Below, one piece after another: positions 8,901-18,643 of a stretch of 58,226 bases of DNA (position 1 is the stretch's first letter; each line of letters begins with the position of its first letter). Location of the stretch: positions 1-58,226 of IMG/VR virus record IMGVR_UViG_3300020044_007646. The stretch is one strand, 5' to 3'. The stretch is from a virus (Duplodnaviria; Caudoviricetes). A model generated the notes under the pieces. That model saw nothing but the letters and a program-made list of their open reading frames with translations. It was not told where the DNA came from and searched no databases. Both the position numbers and the translations under genes were made by a program.

Positions 8901-11140
8901 ATGGACTGCAACAGAAAATTGGTTTATTAGAACTAAGCAAAGAGGGCAATGATGACCCTGAGTCATTAAAAAGCATTGATAACGCAATCAATGTATATCG
9001 GTCAGCTATCAACAAAATGGTTGACCCTAATGTACCATTTGCGTCTGGTGGCCCTATGACATTACAAGATTACGAAAAACGCGGGCTTCCCGGCGTTCGT
9101 AATTTTGGACAAAAAACACAATCTGGCGCACCATTTGGAACGCTTGTTCCATGGAGTCAGTATACCGATGCTGAAAAAATGATGGAAGCAGAAGATGCAG
9201 CATCAAGATGGATGGAAGGAGAAAAAACATTACCGTGGGAAAAAGTAGATAAAAATCTTAAATACGGAAGAACACAAACAGTATTGCGATACCCGTCTTC
9301 ATTTGAAGGGACAGAATTATTTGACCTAGAAGGCTGGGGTGAAAAATTAGGTGGAAATTATGCAGATGAAAGCGGTGTAAAACAAGGCAAGCAGCCAGTA
9401 AAAAACACAATTGATTTTAAACTTAAAAATGGTGCAACTAATCCTAACGTGGTTATATCTCGGCGAGTTATTAAACCAACAGAAAAAAATCCATATTACA
9501 AAGTTGTCTATGAAGCAACGCAATATTCTGGCACTGGTAATGGAAGACAAGTCGTTGCCAAGGCTAAGTTGATTCCAAATAAAGGGCAAACAAGTGCTGA
9601 GAGCAAAGCTTATGACGATGTAGCATCTGCAAAAGCTGATGTTGACGCAATTTTAGATCAAGTTAAAAACTTGCCTGAAGTTGCAGCATTGCGATCAAAA
9701 CTTGATGGCGTGACAGAAAAATTAAGTACTACATGGAACGAATATGCAGATGCAATCGACAAATGGAATGCCATGTCTGTTGCCGAGCAGAAAAATAATC
9801 CACAGGCAAAAGATCGATTAGAGAAAGCAAAGTCAGCATTAAATAGTGTTGATAATGATATTACGGTTGATGACTTTGCAAAACTTCAAGAATTAGCTCC
9901 AAATAAGTTTCCTGCGGTCGTTGCAGCAATTAAAAAACTTAATGAAGCAGAGCAAACAATTAGAACATACGCCGATCCAAAACATAGATCGATAGATAAT
10001 TTTACAATTGGTGAATTTGCAAAATTCTATACACGTGGTTCTGGAGGCGATTCAACGTTTAATCCGACAGTTAGGGATAGTGCTGAGCGTATGAGGGCTG
10101 CAGCGTTAATGAAGGGTCCAAAAGCAAAAGAAGGAGAAGTGTTACCCGGTAGAACAGAAGCAGCACAACGGCGTATCGACACACGTGTGTGGCAAGTAAG
10201 TGGGGATCCAAAGTTAGGCATTGGAAGAAGTCCTGCAATTGATTTTGGATTTGAGCCAACTAACGATTTATTTTATGACATTGGAACTGGATTTCATTTA
10301 TGGGATCCATCTATGCCGCGCAACGCAAAGCCAGCTGAAAGACAAAAAACTCAGCTTGATTTTACTAGTCCGGGCCGACAGGGAATTGCAGATGATGATG
10401 CACCAAACGATCCCGGACGTCTGGGAAAACTTGGGCCAGTTCCACCAAAGCCAAAACAACCAACTGTTGAATTAATTCCGGGACCACGAAGAACAGCGTT
10501 GCGTTCCGCAACTGCGTCATCTTGGATGCAACAACAACCTATGTACCAGCAAGGAACACCGCAACAAAAGCGGCTACTTGATGATGTGGCAAGGTCATTT
10601 ACATTTAAGTTGCCAACTGCACTTGTTATGGAAAAAGTTGCCAATATGACACCTGCCCAGCAACGTATGTATGCAGCAGAATTGCAAGTGCAACACTTTA
10701 GGGATTTGGAGATTGCTCGTCGCAAACGTATTGCTGAAAATAAAGATATTAAGCCAGATAGTTTAATTCACAATTCGCGTTACGTTGGACTGACAGTTAG
10801 TGGAGAACACTATTGGCTAGACACCGACAAGTATCTTGAATTAGTTAAAAAAATTACTTCTGGTGACGTTAAAGACTATTCACAAATTTGGGAGCATGGC
10901 GGAGATAAGTTAATCGTAAAACACGTTCCTCCTAGAGGAGTACCAAAAGCAGCTACAGAATTAGTTAAAATTGGTGATGTTCCCGGAGCTAAGGAAAATG
11001 TAACTGAGATTAATAAAAAACGAGGTGGTGGAGTCCAGCGCAATATTGTAATGGCTTTCTTCACACTAGGACTTAATAGGATCTTAGATACTTTCCGTGC
11101 TGGATTTGAACAAACTCAGGAAAAACCAAAGGAAAAATAA
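5927..11140 (+). CDS. Very large hypothetical protein (1737 aa), possibly virion-internal
   Basis: Uninterrupted ORF with GGGAG SD; no recognisable domain. Confidence 0.8.
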   Translation: MASALTSALIPATSPNPAAPSGPPDDDMDLFDSIFGAPQPAIEGPRVPTWMAPKSGYQFHEFKPDAWNDNPEVVRQQAASLENYIAQRGGGRSPSIVANEWLTLQRKQGAEKSPFQQRIKDKYGVDVADDVQGFRDFMASTPSANEEAKVVEWSKIKPAPVVPETALTHFIDQSFQSHIADESRNQTGRVSGRGLHNEYDSALMHVLNRTSFGDPNLTNIAYTHAQEVSKIKPGDDPNAYRGQLQAMNTHAEMAALGETDMQEYLKRKKLNEYFASPAGRKEAVAQRTTWEFVKNHLAELRTEAGKGNRIAASTLSLVEGASNQGKKYSVNGIDDAEASFERFKGSPVGKYLTGVTLSQLNGQGIFSLPEAKDAMKQVADGWLNPEDAKLLGSKIRLGTTLSDMLSPKGIKTDQDVAQWEALSRLYPNQLENGSTPDDAAKPLGRFTNADFLHAITGYSADAPSNIGMFAQHERSPIFTPQTTLGAFPVASNQSASMNVQGWGTAKNQPQFLGNLVANLDMSMDQRNKLADLMGFTGDRRDQFLIGIQNPSPDFQGTLQTLADKVGSETVALTGAQQSNRVTSTISNVTQRLMESLGQIGLDKNEIQDLRATLWDPIAGARLQLQGNAETGPRRLVPDLYHSFAQSTDGTPILLQPTKNITGTDAFRMQMSDLFTGAASDSKLRAELNKNMSSVLNDNTNTGSVLFDGDQGMFAHRLEKSLRWLHRTAQQHPELAADIEKNLGITSLLGQSEDGFTKDVLRSLKSNDSGEIGGVLTKFNYLGGILKDNTLEQTVLPGANAKGPRDLSSPVERAVLRGMEGDENRRRRASNHLATVQNNIERGISDGLDNLAMLADPNSNDIAAVKNTTRQKVLSGAISSLTGNQIFRADDGRGLDKTAEQLVTKYVDAMISASWLGGGPDTPNVEAARQALYKYIDTKNVSVTSSSPEARYAAFQKVITEKENIGMDSLTAPIKHLLQTGTPYGAKNQAILDGLQQKIGLLELSKEGNDDPESLKSIDNAINVYRSAINKMVDPNVPFASGGPMTLQDYEKRGLPGVRNFGQKTQSGAPFGTLVPWSQYTDAEKMMEAEDAASRWMEGEKTLPWEKVDKNLKYGRTQTVLRYPSSFEGTELFDLEGWGEKLGGNYADESGVKQGKQPVKNTIDFKLKNGATNPNVVISRRVIKPTEKNPYYKVVYEATQYSGTGNGRQVVAKAKLIPNKGQTSAESKAYDDVASAKADVDAILDQVKNLPEVAALRSKLDGVTEKLSTTWNEYADAIDKWNAMSVAEQKNNPQAKDRLEKAKSALNSVDNDITVDDFAKLQELAPNKFPAVVAAIKKLNEAEQTIRTYADPKHRSIDNFTIGEFAKFYTRGSGGDSTFNPTVRDSAERMRAAALMKGPKAKEGEVLPGRTEAAQRRIDTRVWQVSGDPKLGIGRSPAIDFGFEPTNDLFYDIGTGFHLWDPSMPRNAKPAERQKTQLDFTSPGRQGIADDDAPNDPGRLGKLGPVPPKPKQPTVELIPGPRRTALRSATASSWMQQQPMYQQGTPQQKRLLDDVARSFTFKLPTALVMEKVANMTPAQQRMYAAELQVQHFRDLEIARRKRIAENKDIKPDSLIHNSRYVGLTVSGEHYWLDTDKYLELVKKITSGDVKDYSQIWEHGGDKLIVKHVPPRGVPKAATELVKIGDVPGAKENVTEINKKRGGGVQRNIVMAFFTLGLNRILDTFRAGFEQTQEKPKEK

Positions 11141-11886
11141 TGCCACCTAAATCTAATCCTTTAGACAACACCGGGTTATTTAAACTTTTAAATGCTACTG
11201 CTGAGGCTGTAAACAACAGGCCTTTAAATACATCAGTGCGTTTTAATGGAATGAAGCCTCAAGTTTCTAGTGTGTATCCTGATAAAGCATCTGCATTTAA
11301 AGGAGGGGCCGCAGGATCTGCAATTGCATCTCTAGGCGGCCCTGTGGTGCAAGAGGCTGCAAATGCCTACATGTTTCGTGTACCAAACTATTTAAATGCT
11401 TTAAGTCAACCCGGTTTAAATAATAAAGTAAATGCGTTACAGGGAGCATTAATGGTTGAAGGTGCTGGAAAAGTCACTGATATTGGCACAAACGCCTTAC
11501 TTGCGTTAATTGCAGCAAGTAATCCAGAGACACTTCCGGCAATGCCAGTTGCTGTTCCGGTAGCTAATTTTGGTAAAGATTACATATCCGGGATGACGAT
11601 TGACCCAATAATCATGAAATACGCTCAGGATAATGGAATAGGTAATTATTTACCAAAGAGTTGGAATAATCCAGATAATCCATTTGACAAGTGGGTGTCA
11701 GAGCAAGCTAATAAGCATTATGTAAATCACCCAATGATGAAATACGTTAAACCTGTGTTTGACAAAGTGGATGCATCAAGTATTGGTAGAGCAGTAGGTA
11801 ATACGTATAATTCAATTAAGAGTGTTTTACCTAATCAACCCGTTAAAAAAGATAGGCCTTTTGTTCCGACCGACTTTACACCATGA
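11140..11886 (+). CDS. Hypothetical protein with Gly/Ala-rich hydrophobic segments
   Basis: TAATG coupling upstream, ATGA coupling downstream. Confidence 0.75.
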   Translation: MPPKSNPLDNTGLFKLLNATAEAVNNRPLNTSVRFNGMKPQVSSVYPDKASAFKGGAAGSAIASLGGPVVQEAANAYMFRVPNYLNALSQPGLNNKVNALQGALMVEGAGKVTDIGTNALLALIAASNPETLPAMPVAVPVANFGKDYISGMTIDPIIMKYAQDNGIGNYLPKSWNNPDNPFDKWVSEQANKHYVNHPMMKYVKPVFDKVDASSIGRAVGNTYNSIKSVLPNQPVKKDRPFVPTDFTP

Positions 11887-12614
11887 CAGAACCACGTTAT
11901 AGACAATCACCAAATGGAAGCAAGCAGTTGTTGTGCTGTGCATCATTACAAGAAGGTAAGCTTTGTAATAGTTTAGCGATTAAAGGGAAACAGTTTTGTA
12001 AATTCCATGGAGGTAAAGCTGCAGTCGGAATTGAATCAGCTGCATTTAAAACTGGATTGTGGTCTGCGCAACGAAGAAGATTTGCTTCTGTTGCACCTAA
12101 ATTACTTTCTCGCATAGATGAATTGCGAGATGATCCGGAGTTATTTAGTTTAAAAGACGACACTGCGTATTTAACAGCATTGATGGATGTTAGAGCTGAG
12201 GCAGCGTCTGAAGGTATTAGTGTAGACCATTACAACAACATAAAAAGTCAATTTACGTTATGTAGTAGGATGCTGTCAGACCCCGGATTTGTTGAGGAAT
12301 TTGCCGTGTTAGGAAAAATGATTACAGATGGAATTGATGTATATAATGCCTCACAAGATGTTGTCGAATTAATTGAGAAAAGAACTAAAGTAATTGAAAT
12401 AGAACAACGCATGATGCACACAAAGGCCTACACTCTGGAGGTTGATCAAGCGTACAGTTTAATAATGCAAGTGCTAGGTGTTATCAAATCATCTGTAAAA
12501 GACCCAGAAGAGATGACGTTAATCAGAAGTGGCATTAGCAAATTATTAAAAACATATCAAGAAGATGACATAATTGACGCGGAAATTATAGAGGAAAATG
12601 AAACCGTTAGTTAA
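11883..12614 (+). CDS. Probable terminase small subunit (HGGxSTG-like N-terminal domain)
   Basis: C..C...A......C.FHGG...G......FKTGLWS, then helical body; overlaps terL start. Confidence 0.6.
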   Translation: MTEPRYRQSPNGSKQLLCCASLQEGKLCNSLAIKGKQFCKFHGGKAAVGIESAAFKTGLWSAQRRRFASVAPKLLSRIDELRDDPELFSLKDDTAYLTALMDVRAEAASEGISVDHYNNIKSQFTLCSRMLSDPGFVEEFAVLGKMITDGIDVYNASQDVVELIEKRTKVIEIEQRMMHTKAYTLEVDQAYSLIMQVLGVIKSSVKDPEEMTLIRSGISKLLKTYQEDDIIDAEIIEENETVS

Positions 12615-14343
12615 TACGCGTATAACGCCAAAAAACTTTAAAAAACACGTGAGGCCTGACAAGCCATTGTCGTTGTCTTTGCTTGAGGCCATCGAGTCAG
12701 AACTTGGAAACATAATTGACACTGGTGATTACGACAGCGGTAAAGCTGTTGCGCTACCGGGTTCTGAATTAGATTATGCTCAATGGTTAAAAATGAATGC
12801 TCCACATGCTGCAAATTCGCCTATGGGAGAGCATCACAAAAGGGCTTGGAAGTGGGCATCTGAATTAGAACAAGGTGTTGCTCCACCTGCTTTGATTGAA
12901 TGTTGGTTTCGCGGTGGAGGCAAGTCTACTACTGTTGAATTAATTTCAAGCTGGACTGCTGTACGCGCTACAAGAAGATTTCTATTATATGTCTGCGCGA
13001 CACAGGATGCTGCAAACAGGCACGTAAGTGACATTGCTGGAGTTATGGAACGCTGTGGGATTGAACGCGCAGTAAACCAATACGGATTTTCAAAAGGCTG
13101 GAATGCATCAAAGTTACGTACAGCAAATGGGTTTAACGTCTTAGCATTTGGCTTGGATACAGGTGCTCGTGGTGTTAAGATTGACCACCTTAGACCAGAC
13201 ATGATCATATTAGATGACATTGACGAATTAGGTGACAGCGTCAATAGAGTTGAAAAGAAAATTGAAACTATAACGGCAACAATTTTGCCAGCCAAAAGCA
13301 CTGATTGCGCAATTGTGTTTGTGCAAAACAGAATACATAGCAATAGCGTTATGTCACGCGTCCTATCCGGTGAGTTAGATATGCTTCAAAACCGCATTCA
13401 GTCACCTATTGTTCCAGCAATTGAAGGGTTGGAATATGTGCCTGTTGAAAAAGAAGATGGCAGAACAAGCTGGAAGATAGTTGCAGGCACAGCAACATGG
13501 GAGCACAAAAACTTAGAAGTCTGCCAGCGTGAAATAGAAGACTTTGGGTTAATATCTTTTTTAAGAGAATGTCAGCATGATGTTGGAGTAGGTGGAAGAT
13601 TTTTCCCTGACTTTAGAGAGTATGGTCAAGATGGAACACCGTGGCATGTTGTTGATTACGTAGAAGCACAACCATGGTGGAGATATTGGGGCAGCCATGA
13701 CTATGGCACCGGAGCACCAGCATGTTTTCTTTTATATGCAAGTGATGAACGCGAAAACGTATATGTACTAGGAGAATGGTATGAAGCCGGGAAAGTGTCT
13801 TCTGATCAAGCACAACTTGTATGCGAGTTTTTAGAAAAACACAAAGTTGGTACACCAGCAGATAAAAGTAAACGAAATGGCCCATGGAACACAAAGTTAG
13901 AGGCAATTGCGTACGACTGGGCAAATACTTTTCCTCCTAAAAATGTTGAAGAACGCATTGGTGAATATCCTGTTGAATGTTGGTGGGAGAAAAATTTACC
14001 AGCTGTCAGAGCTGTGAAAGACAGAAAAGCTGGTTGGGCAAGAACAAAAGAATGGCTTGCAGCATCAGAATTTGTAAATGGTGAATTAAAGCCAAAATTA
14101 CGTATAGTTCGTGGTACATGCTCAAACTTAATTAAACAACTATCAGAAACGATGACGCACACTAAAGATGCTGACGAAATTGACAATGGAACACGCAATG
14201 ACCACGCTATTGATAGTTTTAGATACGGCGTAATGTGGCGTGAATACCCAGTAAAATGTCCTGAGACTAACGAAAGTAAGTCAAGCAAAGAGTTTGGATT
14301 ACCAAATTGGTATAAGAAGTCAAAGGAAGATAACTGGATCTAA
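12598..14343 (+). CDS. terL: Terminase large subunit
   Basis: Walker A FRGGGKST, GARG, Walker B IILDDID, RNase H-like HDYG and NDHAIDSFRY. Confidence 0.93.
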   Translation: MKPLVNTRITPKNFKKHVRPDKPLSLSLLEAIESELGNIIDTGDYDSGKAVALPGSELDYAQWLKMNAPHAANSPMGEHHKRAWKWASELEQGVAPPALIECWFRGGGKSTTVELISSWTAVRATRRFLLYVCATQDAANRHVSDIAGVMERCGIERAVNQYGFSKGWNASKLRTANGFNVLAFGLDTGARGVKIDHLRPDMIILDDIDELGDSVNRVEKKIETITATILPAKSTDCAIVFVQNRIHSNSVMSRVLSGELDMLQNRIQSPIVPAIEGLEYVPVEKEDGRTSWKIVAGTATWEHKNLEVCQREIEDFGLISFLRECQHDVGVGGRFFPDFREYGQDGTPWHVVDYVEAQPWWRYWGSHDYGTGAPACFLLYASDERENVYVLGEWYEAGKVSSDQAQLVCEFLEKHKVGTPADKSKRNGPWNTKLEAIAYDWANTFPPKNVEERIGEYPVECWWEKNLPAVRAVKDRKAGWARTKEWLAASEFVNGELKPKLRIVRGTCSNLIKQLSETMTHTKDADEIDNGTRNDHAIDSFRYGVMWREYPVKCPETNESKSSKEFGLPNWYKKSKEDNWI

Positions 14344-14486
14344 TGTTAACGGCAATAGTTTTACTGGTCAGTGTATTTTTTATTACATGCACGTATTTGC
14401 TATTCCGTGTGATTTCATTACTTACTGACATTAAAGAAACCAAATTGGTTTATGAGCGTATTGTTAATGACGAAAAGTGGGTGTAA
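14343..14486 (+). CDS. 47-aa single-pass membrane microprotein (not in ORF track)
   Basis: MLTAIVLLVSVFFITCTYLLFRVISLLTDIKETKLVYERIVNDEKWV*; TAATG coupling to terL, fills the gap to the portal. Confidence 0.7.
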   Translation: MLTAIVLLVSVFFITCTYLLFRVISLLTDIKETKLVYERIVNDEKWV

Positions 14487-14488
14487 AC

Positions 14489-16681
14489 ATGGACTTACAA
14501 CAACTGTTAAACGGCGGTGTTAATCAAGACGTTAAAGTCTCCGCATTTAGAAAACCAGCAGCGCCCGGAACAATTGGTTCATTTCCAGTAAAAAGCCTAC
14601 AGTTATCTGATAAAGACAATCTTAAACTTGATCATATTCCATCTGACTGGAAAGTAGATCCACGCGAACAGCCAGAAGAATCATTACGCATTGCAAAATT
14701 TGTATCAGATCAATTTCAGTCAGCGCAAAGGTCTAGGCAAGAACAAGAGCTTGAGTGGGCTTTAGCTGTTGCTTTTTTTGAGGGGCGACAATGGTTACGC
14801 ATTAGTAGCCAATCACGTAATCTAGTTCAATTGCAAAGTCCACATGAACCGAATAGGTACATGACTGTTAATAAAATTCGACCTCTTATTGACGGAGTTA
14901 TTGGCAAGTTAACGCAATGTGCGCCTGACGCAACAGCAGTAGCTTTATCGGACAGCGACCAAGACAGAGCTGCTGCGGACGAAGCTAACTTTATCGTAAA
15001 GCACTACAACAGAAAATTTGATCGAGAGACTCAAACCAAAGAACGCGTAAGATGGGCTTGTGTTTGCGGTACATCATTCTTAAAGATTTTTTGGAATTCA
15101 TCTAAAACACAAATTGTGCCACAAATGGATTCCGATGCGCATACCGTTGTTGGTCACACGGAAATGAAAGTCGGAGACATAGTAGAGCAGATTCTTCCTG
15201 CGTTTGACGTGTACGTTGATCCAAGTGCTAAACGCGATGAAGACGTTAGGTGGATGATTCACGCATCTATTAAGCCATTGTCATGGTACGTGGATTCTTA
15301 TGGCGAAATAGGTAAGAGCGTAAGACCAGATGCAATGGTTGGCCACAATGCTGGTTATGTAGACAATTATCTAGACAACTCAAACGGTGGTGGACGTGGT
15401 TGGATTCCACCATCTGTTACACATTTAAATAATCACGATAGGCGTAAAAACGCAGCCGTTGTGTATGAATATTGGGAGAAGCCCAGTAAACAGTATGAAA
15501 AAGGAAGATACATTGTTTCTACTGAATCAACGTTACTTTATGCTGGTATTTGGCCTTATAAGAAACGTGATGCATTTCCATTTATTCCATTGCGATGGCA
15601 GCCTAGAGCAGGTACTCCGTATGGGTACAGTCTTGGATTTGACTTAGTATCATTACAGCAAACATATAATCGAATTTACTCTAGGTTGCTAGAGCAGTTT
15701 GAGGGACAAAAAGACTACTTGATGATTGAGAGATTATCAAATGTAGGGGCAGATGCTTTTGACAAAGAAAGCGACACAATTGAAGACAAGAATAGAATTT
15801 ACAGAAAAGTATATTACGATCGTGGCGCTCATCCTCCAGTAATTCAACGTGCCCCCGGAATTGGCAGTGATCTTTTTCCTCTCCTTCAATTTATTGAAAA
15901 AGACATGATGGATATTGCTGGGCTTCACGATGTGTCACAAGGTATGGCGCAAGCTGGAACACCAGCTGAATCTGTGCGGTTGTTACAAAAAGCAGATAAC
16001 ACTCAACATAGTTATGTAAGAGCAGACATTGAGATCAGTAACGCCAAGATTAAAGAATGGGAAGTATCTTTAATTGAGCAGTTTGCTATTGTTCCATTTG
16101 TTGGCAACATGCAAGGCGGAATGTTACCAAAGGATCAAATCCAACAAGGCATTATGCGATTTGACGCATTGCGAAACGGTGGCATGTATCGGATTGTTTA
16201 CCTGCCCGGATCGTCTATGGATGACGGCCCTGATGCTAGATTGCAAAAATATGCAGCACTCCGACAAATGGGTGTATTCGGCGACCCAATGGATCCAGCA
16301 ACAAATAAGTTGTTTATTGAATTAGTTGGAATGCCGGAAACAACTAAAATACTTGATCATTTAACTGAGCAAGATCAAAAAATGGCTGCAGCGCAACAGC
16401 AACAAATGGAAATGCAACAACAGCAAATGGCGCAGCAAAATGCTCCGAAACAACAATATGATCCTCAAGCTGAGGAACATAAAACTATGCTTGAAATGAA
16501 AAAGATGCAAGCACAGATATCAAGTAAGCTTCAGGCAGATATTGCACTTGAGACAGCTAAGGCTGGACTTGAAGCACAGCAAAACGAAGATTTTGCTATG
16601 GTTGATGTTGGAAAACAACATGTTTTAAATAGATTGCAGCCAGAAACTGGCATAGCAGACAAAAAGGGAGATAGTATTTAA
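14489..16681 (+). CDS. Portal protein (P22-like)
   Basis: Follows terL; FFEGRQW, TVNKIRPLID, FPFIP, QQTYNRIYS, IAGLHDVSQG, Gln-rich C-terminal helical tail; start taken at ATG 14489. Confidence 0.88.
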   Translation: MDLQQLLNGGVNQDVKVSAFRKPAAPGTIGSFPVKSLQLSDKDNLKLDHIPSDWKVDPREQPEESLRIAKFVSDQFQSAQRSRQEQELEWALAVAFFEGRQWLRISSQSRNLVQLQSPHEPNRYMTVNKIRPLIDGVIGKLTQCAPDATAVALSDSDQDRAAADEANFIVKHYNRKFDRETQTKERVRWACVCGTSFLKIFWNSSKTQIVPQMDSDAHTVVGHTEMKVGDIVEQILPAFDVYVDPSAKRDEDVRWMIHASIKPLSWYVDSYGEIGKSVRPDAMVGHNAGYVDNYLDNSNGGGRGWIPPSVTHLNNHDRRKNAAVVYEYWEKPSKQYEKGRYIVSTESTLLYAGIWPYKKRDAFPFIPLRWQPRAGTPYGYSLGFDLVSLQQTYNRIYSRLLEQFEGQKDYLMIERLSNVGADAFDKESDTIEDKNRIYRKVYYDRGAHPPVIQRAPGIGSDLFPLLQFIEKDMMDIAGLHDVSQGMAQAGTPAESVRLLQKADNTQHSYVRADIEISNAKIKEWEVSLIEQFAIVPFVGNMQGGMLPKDQIQQGIMRFDALRNGGMYRIVYLPGSSMDDGPDARLQKYAALRQMGVFGDPMDPATNKLFIELVGMPETTKILDHLTEQDQKMAAAQQQQMEMQQQQMAQQNAPKQQYDPQAEEHKTMLEMKKMQAQISSKLQADIALETAKAGLEAQQNEDFAMVDVGKQHVLNRLQPETGIADKKGDSI

Positions 16682-17562
16682 TGTCCGACGAGATGGTGAC
16701 ACGAACCACTGATTCACCAGCAGTGGCAATGGACTCAGGGTTTAGTTCTGACAGTGGTTACTCCGCCGGTGACCTTACGAGCGCAATGGCGTTAAATGGC
16801 TCGAATCAAGATTATCAAACCGAAACAGATTTAGGATGGTTGGACGAATTTGTAGAACCAAATATCGATCCAGAATCTATGGTTCGCCAAAGAATCATGG
16901 ATAGCCTAGCGGCTAATCAGAACACTCCGCAAGATGTTCCGTATGAACGGTTCAGGGAAGTAAATGAGCAAGCCAAGGCGAATAGGGAGCAAGCATCCGC
17001 CTATGATAAGTGGGCTGATGTAATTAAGCAGTTTGAAAACCAAGGTTATCAATCTGCCGCTGATGTTCAACGTGCACTTCAAGAGCAACAAGCACAGCAA
17101 CGTGAAGCTGACATAAGACAGCGTTATGAGGATTTAGCTCAAACAAGTTTTATGGACCCCGAAGTTGCTAGGGCGCAAGCTGAAGTAGAGATTCAGAAGA
17201 ACAAATACGATTCTCTTGTTAATCAAATGAATTCGTATATGACAGCACAGCAAAGAACAAGTGCGTTTGAACAATTTCCATATGCTAATAGAGCACCCGG
17301 AATTGTAGACAATCTAATTAATGCTGGCGTATCTCCCACACAGGCAGCTCAAATAGTGCATAGTGAAATTGCTAATTTAGCTGAATCACTAGTGCCAGAA
17401 CTAGCTGGATTAATTGCACAACAGCGCAGTGTTCCAACTCCAATTGACACGTCGTATTCAGCGCAACCCGTCGTTCCACCTGCCCCAGTCAAGCAATTAG
17501 GGTCTCCCATGGGAGCCATCTCTAGAATGCTTGGTATCGGCAGAAATGCAAATAACATCTAA
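16681..17562 (+). CDS. Capsid scaffolding protein
   Basis: Between portal and capsid; acidic N-terminus, VPYERFREVN motif, coiled coil. Confidence 0.75.
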   Translation: MSDEMVTRTTDSPAVAMDSGFSSDSGYSAGDLTSAMALNGSNQDYQTETDLGWLDEFVEPNIDPESMVRQRIMDSLAANQNTPQDVPYERFREVNEQAKANREQASAYDKWADVIKQFENQGYQSAADVQRALQEQQAQQREADIRQRYEDLAQTSFMDPEVARAQAEVEIQKNKYDSLVNQMNSYMTAQQRTSAFEQFPYANRAPGIVDNLINAGVSPTQAAQIVHSEIANLAESLVPELAGLIAQQRSVPTPIDTSYSAQPVVPPAPVKQLGSPMGAISRMLGIGRNANNI

Positions 17563-17573
17563 GGAAAAATCCA

Positions 17574-18632
17574 ATGGCTATTGATTTTAATGGTGCATTG
17601 ACTCTTGCGGATCAAGCGATTCTGTCCAATGATCCACTTGTAAAAGAAATTACAAAGAGTCTTCACAAGACTTGGAATGCAATTAAAGACATTCCATTCA
17701 CTACGTCTCCGTCGCTACGACAGGTTGGACAGCGCTATGTTAACAGTGGTATTCCAACTCCAAACTGGACCGGTATTAACTCTGAGCCAGTAGCTGTTAA
17801 GGGTAAGCCAAAGTCGTACGAAGAGCAGATGTATCTCCTCCGTAACAAGATTACGGTTGATCACGTTTTGCTTGACCAGCCAAACAACATTATTGATCCT
17901 GTAGAAGCACAGGTTCAGATGTATCTTGAAGGCTTTGCGTATGACTTCAATGATAAATTTATTAACAACGACCCAACGTCTAACGTTGCAGGAAACAGTG
18001 TTGATGCATTCCCCGGTCTTGCATATCGCTTAAATAACCCTAACCAGTACGATATTCCTACTGAAATGGTTATTGACACTACTGCCGACATTGCGCTTGG
18101 TACTCTTCTTACCAATAGCTCAACTGCAACATCATTGCAGGGTATTGGTGCAGCAAACCGCATGATTGCTGATATTCAGAAGTTATTAGATAACATGAAC
18201 GCTCCTGATGGAGATGGCGTTGTTTTCTATATGTCTGAACTTACAAAGCGTCAGGTTGAAATGGCTATCCGCGTCATGGGTATTGGTGCTGGTTTTGACA
18301 TTACCCAAGACAGTTTTGATAGACCAGTTGAAAAGTATAAGAATGCTACTGTCCGAGTTGTTGGCCGTAAGGCTGATGGTACTACGCCTATCATTAGTAA
18401 TACGCTTACAATCTCAACCGTAACTGGTTCTAATGCGAACACATCCCAGATTTATGCTGTTCGTTATGGATCTGGCTATGTAACAGGATGGCAGTCTGGT
18501 CCATTTAAGCCACAGTACTTAGGTCTTTCTAAGGAAAATGGCATCATGCACAACATCCTCTTTGATTGGGGTTGTGGCCTTTGGATTCCACACGTTCGTG
18601 CTATTGGCCGTATTAACGTTAAGGTTTCGTAA
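17574..18632 (+). CDS. Major capsid protein (HK97 fold)
   Basis: Position and size; IPF, WTGINSE, ITVD, FINND...FPGL..RL, TSQIYAVRYG, AIGRIN pattern. Confidence 0.85.
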   Translation: MAIDFNGALTLADQAILSNDPLVKEITKSLHKTWNAIKDIPFTTSPSLRQVGQRYVNSGIPTPNWTGINSEPVAVKGKPKSYEEQMYLLRNKITVDHVLLDQPNNIIDPVEAQVQMYLEGFAYDFNDKFINNDPTSNVAGNSVDAFPGLAYRLNNPNQYDIPTEMVIDTTADIALGTLLTNSSTATSLQGIGAANRMIADIQKLLDNMNAPDGDGVVFYMSELTKRQVEMAIRVMGIGAGFDITQDSFDRPVEKYKNATVRVVGRKADGTTPIISNTLTISTVTGSNANTSQIYAVRYGSGYVTGWQSGPFKPQYLGLSKENGIMHNILFDWGCGLWIPHVRAIGRINVKVS

Positions 18633-18643
18633 GGAGAATCAAG

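Noticed and set aside
9690-9715. KLDG string (ligase KxDG-like) in the 1737-aa protein
   Set aside because: Lies in an apparent coiled-coil region with no other nucleotidyltransferase motifs.
14417-14430. Partial promoter motif ATTACTTACTG
   Set aside because: Lacks the GG and the -10 hexamer; inside a coding region.
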